This document shows positions 41,973 to 51,230 of a stretch of 64,000 nt of DNA, in pieces. Location: NCBI GenBank assembly GCA_030765335.1, contig JAVCCU010000001.1:456-64455 (forward strand), read 5' to 3'. The position numbers and the translations under genes are program-made. The notes under the pieces were generated by a model. That model did not search any database and was not told the DNA's origin. It saw only the letters and a program-made list of their open reading frames with translations. Each line of letters opens with the position of its first letter. Positions within the stretch are counted from its first letter, which is position 1. This DNA comes from Candidatus Kaelpia aquatica. Its GTDB lineage: Bacteria; Omnitrophota; Gorgyraeia; Kaelpiales; Kaelpiaceae.

Positions 41973-42829
41973 AAAATCAAAACAAAATAAGGAGCATGAC
42001 TGGTTTTGGAAAAGGGAGCGTCAGGAGCGATAGATGTTCTTGTTACTGTGAGATTAAGAGTGTTAACCATAGGTATTTAGAGGTTAACACTAAAATGTCA
42101 GACGAGTTTGCAAAGATAGAGTTAGAGATTAAAAGAATTGTTAAAAATCAGATTTCCCGCGGTGCAGTCTATCTTAATCTTAGTTTTGTCTACGAGGAGG
42201 GCATGGACCTTAAAATTAACGACCGCCTATTTAAAAAACTTCTTACACTTGAAAGAGAGATTGAAGCTAAGCATGGCATAGCACAGTCTCTTAATATTCA
42301 TTATATCTTAAGTTATCCCGGAGTAATAAGGCAGGCCCGTCCTGATATCTCATCAGCTGAAAAGAAAAGACTTGTTATTGAAGCCCTTAAAGATGCGTTG
42401 ACATCATTGATGGCTAGCAGGGACAGAGAAGGCGGGGCGCTGCAAAAAGATTTGTTTATTTGTTTAAACAAGATAGAGAAGAACCTTCAAATTGTAAATT
42501 TAACAGAAAAAACGAGAGAAAATTCTCTCTCAAAAAAGATGCAGAAAGAAGCAGTCCGGATGCAGCATGCTCAAAGTACGGCATCTTTGCCAGCCCTAGC
42601 GTCTGTTAATGAAGAGATTGTGCGCCTTACGACTCACATCAAAACTCTTCGCAAACTTATAAATAAAGGCGGAGTCGTGGGTAGAGAGCTCGATTTTTTG
42701 GCCCAAGAGATGAATCGAGAGGCCAATACTATATCAGCAAAAGCACTCTCTTCTAAGACAGCCTGTTTTATCGTACAGATTAAAGCGGAGATCGAAAAAA
42801 TAAGAGAGCAGTCTTTGAATATTGAATAA
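41963..42829 (+). CDS. yicC: YicC/YloC family endoribonuclease
   Basis: Motifs SMTGFG, EIKSVNHRYLE, GRELDFLAQEMNREANT and EKIREQ..NIE. Confidence 0.95.
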   Translation: MGMKNQNKIRSMTGFGKGSVRSDRCSCYCEIKSVNHRYLEVNTKMSDEFAKIELEIKRIVKNQISRGAVYLNLSFVYEEGMDLKINDRLFKKLLTLEREIEAKHGIAQSLNIHYILSYPGVIRQARPDISSAEKKRLVIEALKDALTSLMASRDREGGALQKDLFICLNKIEKNLQIVNLTEKTRENSLSKKMQKEAVRMQHAQSTASLPALASVNEEIVRLTTHIKTLRKLINKGGVVGRELDFLAQEMNREANTISAKALSSKTACFIVQIKAEIEKIREQSLNIE

Positions 42830-42843
42830 GGGAGACCTAAAAT

Positions 42844-43077
42844 ATGAAGGCTCTAAATGTCGGATATAATAATACAGTATCTTTAGATAAGATAGTTGCC
42901 GTAATAAATGCGGATTCTAAGCCTGCGCGCAGGTTAAAAGAGCGGGCAGAGCGGGAGGCCAGACTTATAGATGCTACCAGCGGGCGGAAAACAAGGTCCT
43001 GCCTTATAACCAGCAGCAACCATTTAGTGCTCTCAGCTTTAAATACTCAGACAATTTCACAGCGTATAAATGAATAG
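42844..43077 (+). CDS. DUF370/RemA family protein
   Basis: Motifs LNVGYNN and LIDATSGRKTRS; yicC-remA-gmk synteny. Confidence 0.9.
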   Translation: MKALNVGYNNTVSLDKIVAVINADSKPARRLKERAEREARLIDATSGRKTRSCLITSSNHLVLSALNTQTISQRINE

Positions 43078-43633
43078 AAAAGCAAAACTGTTTATTATCT
43101 CGGGTCCATCCGGCGCAGGTAAGACCACGATTGCTCGGAAGCTCTTTCAAGAAGTCGAAGGATTAGCCAGGAGTATATCTTGTACAACAAGAGAGAGAAG
43201 AGAGGCAGAGAGAGACGGTATAGATTATAGGTTTATTAATAGCGGCAGATTTCAAAACCTCATTAAAGAGAATGCTTTTCTTGAATGGGCCATAATACTA
43301 AAGAATTACTACGGGACGCTAAAAGATGACGTAGAGGCTCAGATAGCCGGAGGTAATGATGTTTTGCTTTGCATAGACGTACAGGGGGCGGCGCAGGTTC
43401 TTAAGAAAAAGTCTGATACGGTAGCGATATTTGTAATGCCGCCCGACATAGAAGAGCTGCGGGCTAGGCTGCTTAAGAGAGGGGAGAGTAAAAAAGAGAT
43501 TGAGAAGCGAATAGGTTTAGCCAGTAAGGAGATTAAAAGAGCTCCTCACTATCACCATGTTGTGTATAATGGTGTTTTACATCAAGCCGTAGATTTGGTA
43601 AAATCTATAGTTTATGCGGAACGTCAAAAATGA
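43070..43633 (+). CDS. gmk: Guanylate kinase
   Basis: Motifs SGPSGAGKTT, SCTTR..R..E.DG.DY, NYYGT and IDVQGA. Confidence 0.97.
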   Translation: MNRKAKLFIISGPSGAGKTTIARKLFQEVEGLARSISCTTRERREAERDGIDYRFINSGRFQNLIKENAFLEWAIILKNYYGTLKDDVEAQIAGGNDVLLCIDVQGAAQVLKKKSDTVAIFVMPPDIEELRARLLKRGESKKEIEKRIGLASKEIKRAPHYHHVVYNGVLHQAVDLVKSIVYAERQK

Positions 43634-43660
43634 TTAGATAGTTTAAAAGGAGGAGTCAAG

Positions 43661-43855
43661 ATGTCTTATGTAAAACTGGATGATATAAGAGGTAATATAG
43701 AGAGTATATATAAGGCTGTTATAATAACGGCTCAAAGAGCTGTAGAAGTATCTGAAGCTATGGCCAATCAGAAATTGGTTACAAAGCAAAAGCCGACGAG
43801 TTTTGCTATTCATGAACTTCAGGAAGGGAAACTTAAATACAAAAAAGTAGGATGA
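43661..43855 (+). CDS. rpoZ: RNA polymerase omega subunit
   Basis: SIYKAVIITAQRA...KPTSFAIHEL; gmk-rpoZ-coaBC synteny. Confidence 0.85.
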   Translation: MSYVKLDDIRGNIESIYKAVIITAQRAVEVSEAMANQKLVTKQKPTSFAIHELQEGKLKYKKVG

Positions 43856-44373
43856 AAACTGTTTTACTGGGCGTAACAGGCAGTATTGCAAGTTATAAAG
43901 CAGCTGATATAGCTTCTAAATTAACGCAGCAAGGCTGCAAAGTCTATGCTCTACTAACAGAGAACGCAAAGAGATTTATCACGCCACTTACATTTAAAGC
44001 GCTGACAGGTCAGGAGGTCTTTGACGATATGTTTAAAGAGCGTCAGACTCACATATCGTTGGCAGAGGAAGCTGACTTAATTCTTGTTGCGCCTGCTTCA
44101 GCCGGCTTTATATCTAAACTTGCTTCAGGGATTGTCTCTGAGTTACTACAGCTTACTATAATATCTTCTTCAGCCCCTCTTTTGATATGTCCTGCTATGA
44201 ATGAAAATATGTATCGTAACTCGATTATACAAGAGAACATTGCAAGGCTAAAAAAACATGGCTATAACTTTTTGGGTCCTGATAAAGGATGGCTAAGTTG
44301 TGGGAATACCGGAGAAGGCCGGCTTTGCGACATAGAGGATATTTTAAAGAAATCTTTAGAATTACTAAAATGA
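43852..44373 (+). CDS. coaC: Phosphopantothenoylcysteine decarboxylase (CoaC half)
   Basis: Motifs GVTGSIASYKA, HISLA, APASA, PAMN and G.LSCG..G.GRL. Confidence 0.92.
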   Translation: MKTVLLGVTGSIASYKAADIASKLTQQGCKVYALLTENAKRFITPLTFKALTGQEVFDDMFKERQTHISLAEEADLILVAPASAGFISKLASGIVSELLQLTIISSSAPLLICPAMNENMYRNSIIQENIARLKKHGYNFLGPDKGWLSCGNTGEGRLCDIEDILKKSLELLK

Positions 44374-45008
44374 ATCTCCTTATTTCTTTTGGCCCCCTTA
44401 AAACATATATTGATGATGTCCGTTGCATAACCAATAATTCTAGCGGTATTATGGGTTATAGGCTTGCCGGGGAAGCCTTACGGCGTAAATATAATGTAAA
44501 GGCTGTAGTGGGGTCGACAAATTTACGGCCGCTTAAAGGGTTAAAAGGCTGGATTGAAGTTGAGAGCCACTCCGGACTTAAAAAGGTGATGGATAAGGAG
44601 TTTCAATGGGCGGATATTATTATTATGGGAGCTGCTGTCTGTGACTTTATGCCCCTTAAAAAGAAGAGCGGTAAGATCAAGAGATCTAACGCAGGTTTAA
44701 ACTTGCAGCTCAAAGCGACCAGCAGTATAATAGGCTCCCTTTCCAAAAAGAGAGGGCGCAAGGGGAAATTTTTAGTCGGGTTCTCTCTAGAGAGTGAATA
44801 TTTTATAGCCCGCGCTATTGATAAACGCAGCAGAGATGGTTTAGATATGACCTTGGCATTCTATTTAGACAAAGACAGCACGCCTTATGGAGAGAATCAT
44901 TGTGAATCTGCGATTGTGGCAGAAGATTTTATAATTAAAATGCCTGTTTTAGATAAAACTATTTTAGCAAAGCGTGTATTAGATATTTTAGATAAACGGT
45001 ACATTTAA
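44370..45008 (+). CDS. coaB: Phosphopantothenate-cysteine ligase (CoaB half)
   Basis: Start at ATG 44370 (ATGA overlap with coaC); IDDVRCITNNSSGIMG, AAVCDF, GKIKR and VGFSLE. Confidence 0.88.
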   Translation: MNLLISFGPLKTYIDDVRCITNNSSGIMGYRLAGEALRRKYNVKAVVGSTNLRPLKGLKGWIEVESHSGLKKVMDKEFQWADIIIMGAAVCDFMPLKKKSGKIKRSNAGLNLQLKATSSIIGSLSKKRGRKGKFLVGFSLESEYFIARAIDKRSRDGLDMTLAFYLDKDSTPYGENHCESAIVAEDFIIKMPVLDKTILAKRVLDILDKRYI

Positions 45009-45027
45009 TTTAGAATAAAAAAATAAT

Positions 45028-45099
45028 GGCGGCGTAGCCAAGCGGAAAGGCAGTGGTCTGCAAAACCACTATGCAGCGGTTCAAATCCGCTCGCCGCCT
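45028..45099 (+). tRNA. tRNA-Cys (GCA)
   Basis: GGCGGCG/CGCCGCC stem, GTGGT-CTGCAAA-ACCAC anticodon arm and U discriminator. Confidence 0.95.
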
Positions 45100-45188
45100 T
45101 TAAAAAATTGAGATAGAGCCTTGCAGGTGACAAGAGAGGCTTTATTTGATACTATATTGAATTAAGGAATTTTAAAAATGGGATTTTT

Positions 45189-45274
45189 GCCGGGATGGCG
45201 GAATTGGCAGACGCATCGGACTTAAAATCCGATGTTCCGTGAGGGACGTGCCGGTTCAAGTCCGGCTCCCGGCA
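45189..45274 (+). tRNA. tRNA-Leu (TAA)
   Basis: TCGGA-CTTAAAA-TCCGA anticodon arm, long variable arm and GGTTCAAGTCC. Confidence 0.95.
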
Positions 45275-45288
45275 TATTTGTACATCAT

Positions 45289-45365
45289 GGGCGGTTAGCT
45301 CAGTTGGCTAGAGCGCCACGTTGACATCGTGGAGGTCACAGGTTCAAGTCCTGTACCGCCCACCA
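45289..45365 (+). tRNA. tRNA-Val (GAC)
   Basis: CCACG-TTGACAT-CGTGG anticodon arm; CCA encoded. Confidence 0.95.
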
Positions 45366-45398
45366 TATAGCAGAGAAGTAGAATAGATTATAAAAATT

Positions 45399-47120
45399 AT
45401 GGAAGAGAAACTTTTAAAAATTCGCCACAGCAGCGCCCATATAATGGCTGATGCCGTACAGCAGTTGTTTCCAGCTGCCAAGCTAGGTATCGGTCCGGCT
45501 ATTGAAAATGGGTTTTATTACGATTTTGATTTAGAGTATAGATTAATTCCGGAGGATCTTGAAAAAATTGAGAAAAAGATGGAAGAGATTATAAACAGTA
45601 AGCATCTTTTTACGCAGAGCTCTCTATCTAGAGAGGAAGCCCAAAAATTATTTAAGGAGAGAGGAGAGGATTACAAGCTGGAGCTGTTAAGCGAGCTAGA
45701 AGATAGCAAGATAAGTATATATAGACATGGAGATTTTAGCGATCTCTGTAAAGGGCCTCATCTTGAAAACACATCTCAATTGGGAGCATTTAAACTGCTT
45801 TCAATAGCAGGTGCCTATTGGAGAGGAGAAGAGTCCAACAAAATGCTGCAGCGTATATACGGCGCTGCTTTTGTGACTAGAGAGGAGCTAGAAGAACATC
45901 TTGAGAGATTAAAACAGGCTGAAGCTAGAGACCATCGTAAGCTGGGTAGAGAGCTCAAGCTTTTTACGTTTTTTCCTCAAGCCGGAGCCGGGCTTGTCTT
46001 CTATCTTCCTAAAGGGTGGATGCTGAAAAAGACAATAGAGGATTATATATTTAAAAAACATCTTCAGGCAGGATATGAGATTATTCAGACTCCTCAAATA
46101 TTAAAATCTGATGTTTGGAAGCAGTCTGGTCATTATGATCACTATAAAGAGCACATGTATATATTTGAAAGTGATGGAGTAGAATATGCAATCAAGCCGA
46201 TGAACTGCCCAGGTCATATAATGATCTATCAGGCGCAGCGGCATAGTTACAGAGAGTTGCCGCTCCGTTTCTTTGAGGCCGGGACAGTATATAGGCATGA
46301 GAAGACCGGAGTTTTACACGGCTTATTGCGTGTCCGGGGCTTTACTCAGGACGATGCTCATATCTTCTGTCGCGAGGATCAGCTTGAAGATGAGATAAAA
46401 TCTGTGATCAAATTTATGCAGGATATTATGCTGGATTTTGGTTTTGAAAAACTCAAAATAGAACTCAGCACTCGCCCTAAAGATTCAATCGGCACAGATG
46501 AAGAGTGGCAGAAAGCTACAGTTGCTCTTGAGAACTCACTTAAGGATTTAGAGCTTGATTATGAGACTTGCGCTGAAGAGGGTGCATTTTATGGTCCCAA
46601 GATTGATATTAAACTTAAAGATGCTATAGGACGTTTATGGCAATGCGCTACCATTCAATGTGATTTTGCAGGACCAGAAAGATTTGATTTAACCTATGTT
46701 GGAGAAGACGGAGGACAGCATCGTACTATAATGTTACATAGGGCTATTCTTGGAAGCTTGGAGCGTTTTATCGGTACTTTGATAGAGCATTATGGCGGGG
46801 ATTTCCCTCTCTGGTTAGCCCCGGAGCAGGTAAGACTATTGCCGATTTCTGAAAAATTTCTTGCATATATGGTAGAATTGAAGAGAATATTAGAACAAGA
46901 AGGAATAAAGGTAACAATGGATTCCAGGTCTGAAACGCTTGGTTATAAGATAAGAGAGGCAGAGTTAGAGAAAGTACCCTATGTTTTAATAGCTGGAGGA
47001 AAAGAAGAGGTTGCCGGAACAGTTTCAGTGCGATCTCGCAAAGGGAAGGAGGAGAGTGTTATGGAGATAGAGATGTTAATAGTTAAATTAAAGGAAGAGA
47101 TAAGTGGCGCAACCTTATAA
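45399..47120 (+). CDS. thrS: Threonine-tRNA ligase (lacks N-terminal TGS domain)
   Basis: Motifs RHSSAH, DLCKGPH, DHRKLG, KPMNCPGH, RVRGFTQDDAH and AFYGPKID. Confidence 0.98.
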   Translation: MEEKLLKIRHSSAHIMADAVQQLFPAAKLGIGPAIENGFYYDFDLEYRLIPEDLEKIEKKMEEIINSKHLFTQSSLSREEAQKLFKERGEDYKLELLSELEDSKISIYRHGDFSDLCKGPHLENTSQLGAFKLLSIAGAYWRGEESNKMLQRIYGAAFVTREELEEHLERLKQAEARDHRKLGRELKLFTFFPQAGAGLVFYLPKGWMLKKTIEDYIFKKHLQAGYEIIQTPQILKSDVWKQSGHYDHYKEHMYIFESDGVEYAIKPMNCPGHIMIYQAQRHSYRELPLRFFEAGTVYRHEKTGVLHGLLRVRGFTQDDAHIFCREDQLEDEIKSVIKFMQDIMLDFGFEKLKIELSTRPKDSIGTDEEWQKATVALENSLKDLELDYETCAEEGAFYGPKIDIKLKDAIGRLWQCATIQCDFAGPERFDLTYVGEDGGQHRTIMLHRAILGSLERFIGTLIEHYGGDFPLWLAPEQVRLLPISEKFLAYMVELKRILEQEGIKVTMDSRSETLGYKIREAELEKVPYVLIAGGKEEVAGTVSVRSRKGKEESVMEIEMLIVKLKEEISGATL

Positions 47121-47649
47121 GAGGAAGTTTGATAACAGGAGACGTATCAGGATTAATGTTAATAGATTGATTCGGGCAGAGCGAATACGAGTTATAGATG
47201 CAGATGGAACACAGATTGGTGTTGTTCTATTGGAAGAGGGATTAAAGATTGCCCAGCAGAGGGAGTTAGATTTAGTAGAGATCTCTTCAGGAGCTTCGCC
47301 GCCGGTCTGTAGAGTAATGGATTTTAACCAATATAAATATCAACAAGAGAAAAGAGCTAAAGAAGCTAAAAAGAAACAGAAGCAGGTGCATTTTAAAGAG
47401 ATCAGGTTTAAGCCTAGAATAGAAGAGCATGATTATCAAGTTATTCTTAAAAGGGCTCGCAAATTTTTAGAACGTGGAGATCGCGTTCGAGTAAGGGTTT
47501 TCTTTAGAGGAAGAGAGATGGCTCATCCTGAATTGGGTGATATTATAATGAAAAAATTACTTGGCGATATTGAAGATATAGCAACTGTGGAGAAGTCACC
47601 TTCTCGCGAAGGAAGGTATCTGATAACTATTTTATTTCCGAAGAATTAG
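47104..47649 (+). CDS. infC: Translation initiation factor IF-3
   Basis: Motifs LDLVEIS..A.PPVCRVMD, KEIRFKP and FRGRE; GTG start. Confidence 0.97.
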   Translation: MAQPYKRKFDNRRRIRINVNRLIRAERIRVIDADGTQIGVVLLEEGLKIAQQRELDLVEISSGASPPVCRVMDFNQYKYQQEKRAKEAKKKQKQVHFKEIRFKPRIEEHDYQVILKRARKFLERGDRVRVRVFFRGREMAHPELGDIIMKKLLGDIEDIATVEKSPSREGRYLITILFPKN

Positions 47650-47658
47650 GAGACTACA

Positions 47659-47856
47659 ATGCCTAAAATGAAAACAAAGAAGGCGGCTAAGAAGAGACTT
47701 AAAGTAACTGGGGGAGGAAAGCTTAAAAGGGCTAAAGGGGGTAAGAGCCATCTTATGAGAAAGAAGCGTTCTAAGAGGCGATTATCTTTAAAGGAAGGCT
47801 CTTATGTGAGTGCTGCTGAAACTAAAAAAGTGAAGACGATGCTCCCATATGATTGA
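47659..47856 (+). CDS. rpmI: 50S ribosomal protein L35
   Basis: MPKMKTKKAAKKR; synteny. Confidence 0.96.
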   Translation: MPKMKTKKAAKKRLKVTGGGKLKRAKGGKSHLMRKKRSKRRLSLKEGSYVSAAETKKVKTMLPYD

Positions 47857-47878
47857 AGTTAAAAGGAGGTAGTAAATT

Positions 47879-48235
47879 ATGGTAAGAGTAAGACGTGCGC
47901 CTGCCAGAAAAAAGAGGCACAATAAAGTTTTAAAGATGGCCAAAGGTTATCGTGGCGGACGCGGAAAACTTTACAGAACAGCGCTGGAGACTGTTAGAAG
48001 GGCTCTGGTTTATAGCTATAGAGACAGGAAGGTAAGAAAAAGAATATTTCGCAGGCTCTGGATAAATAGAGTATCGATAGCCTGTAAGAACGAGGATTTT
48101 TCTTATAGCAAGCTGATCAATGGCCTAACTAAAGCAGATGTGCAGCTTAACAGAAAACAACTAGCGCAGATGGCTCTAGATGATAGAGAAGGTTTTAAAC
48201 AGATAGTCTCCTTGGCCAGAGAACATATTGGTTGA
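47879..48235 (+). CDS. rplT: 50S ribosomal protein L20
   Basis: Motifs AKGYRG, YRDRKVRKR.FRRLWI.R and LNRK.LA. Confidence 0.97.
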   Translation: MVRVRRAPARKKRHNKVLKMAKGYRGGRGKLYRTALETVRRALVYSYRDRKVRKRIFRRLWINRVSIACKNEDFSYSKLINGLTKADVQLNRKQLAQMALDDREGFKQIVSLAREHIG

Positions 48236-49533
48236 TGCAAATAAAGCCTGCAAGAATAATAATTTTTAGTTTTCTCTCAGTTATAATTGCAGGGACATTG
48301 TTGCTTCTATTGCCGGCTTCAACCTCTCAGCAGGTATCTTTTATAGATGCTCTTTTTACGGCAACTTCTGCAACCTGTGTTACAGGGCTTATTGTTAAGG
48401 ATACCGGTTCTTTTTTTACTCCTTTAGGGCAGGGTATTATTATGCTGCTTTTTCAGTTTGGCGGATTAGGGATAATGACTCTCTCTACAATATTTGCTCT
48501 TATGCTGGGCAGGCGCATAACAATCACAGGACGTAAAACTCTCTCTCTAGCTTTTGAGAATGTAGAGTTCGATATGAAGCTGCTACTCAAGGGCATCGTT
48601 ATCTTTACTATATTGATAGAGCTATTAGGGGCTTGTTTGTTTAAGCTGTTTTTTCCTGAGATGGGGATATTTAGCGCACTCTTTCATTCTGTGTCAGCAT
48701 TCTGCAATGCTGGCTTCTCTCTTTTTGAGACAAGCTTTCAAAAATTCCGTTCTTTAGGAAGTATCAATATCCTGACAACAACTTTAATTATTGCTGGTGG
48801 TCTGGGTTTTTTAGTGCTCTTTGACCTGATGCGTTGGGTAAAGGGCAAGATTTTAAAAAAGAGCAGCAGATTAACTTTACATAGCAAGATTGTTATGGTT
48901 GTGAGCTTAATATTAATTCTTGTGGGCATGTCCTCTATTTTTATAATCGAAGGAGATCATCTTTTTTCAGAATATTCTTTTTCTGAAAAATGCTTTGCTT
49001 CTTATTTTCAATCTGTTACAGCACGCACCGCGGGTTTTAATACAGTAGAGATTGGAGGTCTTCAAAAAGGATCTAAACTAATGCTCGGCGCCCTTATGTT
49101 TATCGGGGCTTCTCCGGGTTCTACTGGAGGGGGGATAAAAACGGTTACTTTTGCTCTGGTTGTCTTAGGGCTTATAGCATTGCTCAGAAGAAGCGCACAG
49201 ATAAGAATCTCAAAACGCGCCATACCGATGCATGTTTTTGAAAAAGCAATTGCAATATTTGTTTTAAGTATTGTTTGGATTTTTTTTGCAACCACAGTGC
49301 TCTCTATAGTAGATAACAGAAGTTTTCTAAATATACTGTTTGAGGTTGTCTCCGCTTTTGGCACCGTAGGGCTCTCCTGCGGTATCACTGCTGGTTTGAC
49401 CACGGTAGGTAAATTGATTATAATTCTAACTATGTTTTTCGGAAGGATTGGTCCAATGACTCTGGCTATTGCTCTTGCAAATCGCAACGAAGCAGATTTT
49501 AAATTGCCGGAAGAGAATGTCATGGTCGGCTAA
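48232..49533 (+). CDS. Ktr/Trk potassium uptake membrane subunit (KtrB/TrkH)
   Basis: Pore motifs SATCVTGL, SAFCNAGF, TARTAGF and SAFGTVGLS; GASPGSTGGGIK. Confidence 0.95.
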   Translation: MMQIKPARIIIFSFLSVIIAGTLLLLLPASTSQQVSFIDALFTATSATCVTGLIVKDTGSFFTPLGQGIIMLLFQFGGLGIMTLSTIFALMLGRRITITGRKTLSLAFENVEFDMKLLLKGIVIFTILIELLGACLFKLFFPEMGIFSALFHSVSAFCNAGFSLFETSFQKFRSLGSINILTTTLIIAGGLGFLVLFDLMRWVKGKILKKSSRLTLHSKIVMVVSLILILVGMSSIFIIEGDHLFSEYSFSEKCFASYFQSVTARTAGFNTVEIGGLQKGSKLMLGALMFIGASPGSTGGGIKTVTFALVVLGLIALLRRSAQIRISKRAIPMHVFEKAIAIFVLSIVWIFFATTVLSIVDNRSFLNILFEVVSAFGTVGLSCGITAGLTTVGKLIIILTMFFGRIGPMTLAIALANRNEADFKLPEENVMVG

Positions 49534-49563
49534 GTTGATTGTATAACTAGGAGGTTGGTAACC

Positions 49564-50217
49564 ATGAGACAATATGCTGTGATAGGACTTGGTAAGTTTG
49601 GTCAGAGCGTTGCTCTGACTCTTCTTGAGGATGGTGAAGAGGTTGTAGGTATTGATTCTGATGAAGAGGTTGTAAAACAACTTGCGGATAAATTAACAAA
49701 TGCTGTTGCAGCTGATGCTGCCAATGAAAAAGTACTTACAAAGCTAGGTATTCAGGATGTTGACGTTGCAATTGTCTCTGTTGGAGGCGATTTTGAGGCC
49801 AGCATCTTAATCACCCTTCTTCTAAAAGAGTTAGGTATCAAAGAGATTGTAGTTAAGGCAAATTTAGAAGGGCAGGCAAAGGTACTAGAGAAAGTAGGAG
49901 CTACAAGGGTTATTCAGCCCGAGAGAGATATGGGTATACGGCTTGCAAAATCACTCTCCTCTCCGCGTATCATAGACCATATCGAGCTCTCTAGCGATCA
50001 TAGTATCTTAGAGATGTCTCCCCCTGAGGATTTTATCGGCAAGTCTTTAGGTGAATTGGATATTAGGGCGCGGCATGGTTTGAATGTTATTGCGGTTAAA
50101 CATGAAGGGGGCGAAGTAGATATATCTCCTCAAGCAAATCATTTGATAAAGAAGGGCGACCTTCTTGTGGTTATAGGTCAGAATGCCGACATAGAGAAAG
50201 TTAAGAAAAAAGTATGA
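49564..50217 (+). CDS. Ktr/Trk potassium uptake RCK subunit (KtrA/TrkA)
   Basis: VIGLGKFG Rossmann motif, PERDMG and TrkA-C domain; ATG start after GGAGG. Confidence 0.95.
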   Translation: MRQYAVIGLGKFGQSVALTLLEDGEEVVGIDSDEEVVKQLADKLTNAVAADAANEKVLTKLGIQDVDVAIVSVGGDFEASILITLLLKELGIKEIVVKANLEGQAKVLEKVGATRVIQPERDMGIRLAKSLSSPRIIDHIELSSDHSILEMSPPEDFIGKSLGELDIRARHGLNVIAVKHEGGEVDISPQANHLIKKGDLLVVIGQNADIEKVKKKV

Positions 50218-51230
50218 ATATAGAAGATCTCAAAGAATTATATCAAGAGGCAGAGAGCGGTCTTAACGAAGCTCTAGATTTAAAAACTCTTGAAGAGGTA
50301 AAGAACAGATATCTGGGCCGTAAGGGCAAGATAGCAGAGATTATTAAAAAGATTCCAGCTTTACCGGAAGGAGAGAGGTCTCTTTTCGGTAAAGAGATCA
50401 ACGTTCTTAAAGATCGTATTAGTAAGATTATTGGTGAAAAACAGGTTAGCATTCAAGGCAGTCAATCTGCAAAAGTTAAAACAGATGTTACATTGCCAGG
50501 GAGCAGGTTTGAATCCGGAACTCTTCATCCAATTACTCTTACAATGCAGAAGATAGCCAGAATCTTTCAGCATATAGGTTTTAGCTTGATAGACGGCCCG
50601 GAGATAGAGACAGACTACTTTAATTTTCAGGCTTTAAATATTCCCCAAGATCATCCGGCTCGGGATGGCCTTGCTACTTTTTATCTATCTGACTATAGAT
50701 ATCTTTTGCGATCTCAGACCTCGCCTGTTCAGGTTAGAGTTATGCAGAAAGTTAAACCGCCTCTTAAGATATTGTCTCCCGGAAAAGTTTTTAGACCGGA
50801 CAATCTCGATGCCAGCCATTCTTTTATGTTTCATCAGATAGAGGGGCTGGTTGTAGATAGAGAGACCAATTTCTCACATCTTAAAGCCTCTTTAGAATAT
50901 TTTGTAAAAGAGTTTTTTGGCCCCGAGACTAAAACGAGGTTCAGGCCTCACTACTTTCCTTTCACTGAGCCTTCTGCTGAGTTAGATATTGCCTGTATTA
51001 TCTGCGGCGGGGAAGGTTGTTCTGTATGCGGACGGAAAGGTTGGCTGGAGATACTTGGAGCTGGAATGGTCCACCCCAATGTGTTCAAAGAGGTTGGTGT
51101 TGATCCAGAAATTTTTCAGGGTTATGCGTTTGGTATGGGTATAGAGCGGATAGCAATGTTAAAGTACGGCATAGATGATATAAGGATATTTTATAACAAT
51201 GATGTCAGGTTTCTGGAGCAATTCTCATGA
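50214..51230 (+). CDS. pheS: Phenylalanine-tRNA ligase alpha subunit
   Basis: Motifs HPARD, FHQIEG, FPFTEPS and AFGMGIER. Confidence 0.98.
   Translation: MNIEDLKELYQEAESGLNEALDLKTLEEVKNRYLGRKGKIAEIIKKIPALPEGERSLFGKEINVLKDRISKIIGEKQVSIQGSQSAKVKTDVTLPGSRFESGTLHPITLTMQKIARIFQHIGFSLIDGPEIETDYFNFQALNIPQDHPARDGLATFYLSDYRYLLRSQTSPVQVRVMQKVKPPLKILSPGKVFRPDNLDASHSFMFHQIEGLVVDRETNFSHLKASLEYFVKEFFGPETKTRFRPHYFPFTEPSAELDIACIICGGEGCSVCGRKGWLEILGAGMVHPNVFKEVGVDPEIFQGYAFGMGIERIAMLKYGIDDIRIFYNNDVRFLEQFS

Noticed and set aside
43413-43423. CTGATACGGTA in gmk as a further copy of the 11-mer
   Set aside because: Isolated with two mismatches; compatible with chance.
47104-47106. Non-canonical AUU start for infC
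   Set aside because: An in-frame stop lies immediately before the GTG and a purine-rich RBS-like stretch precedes it, so GTG is the simplest start.
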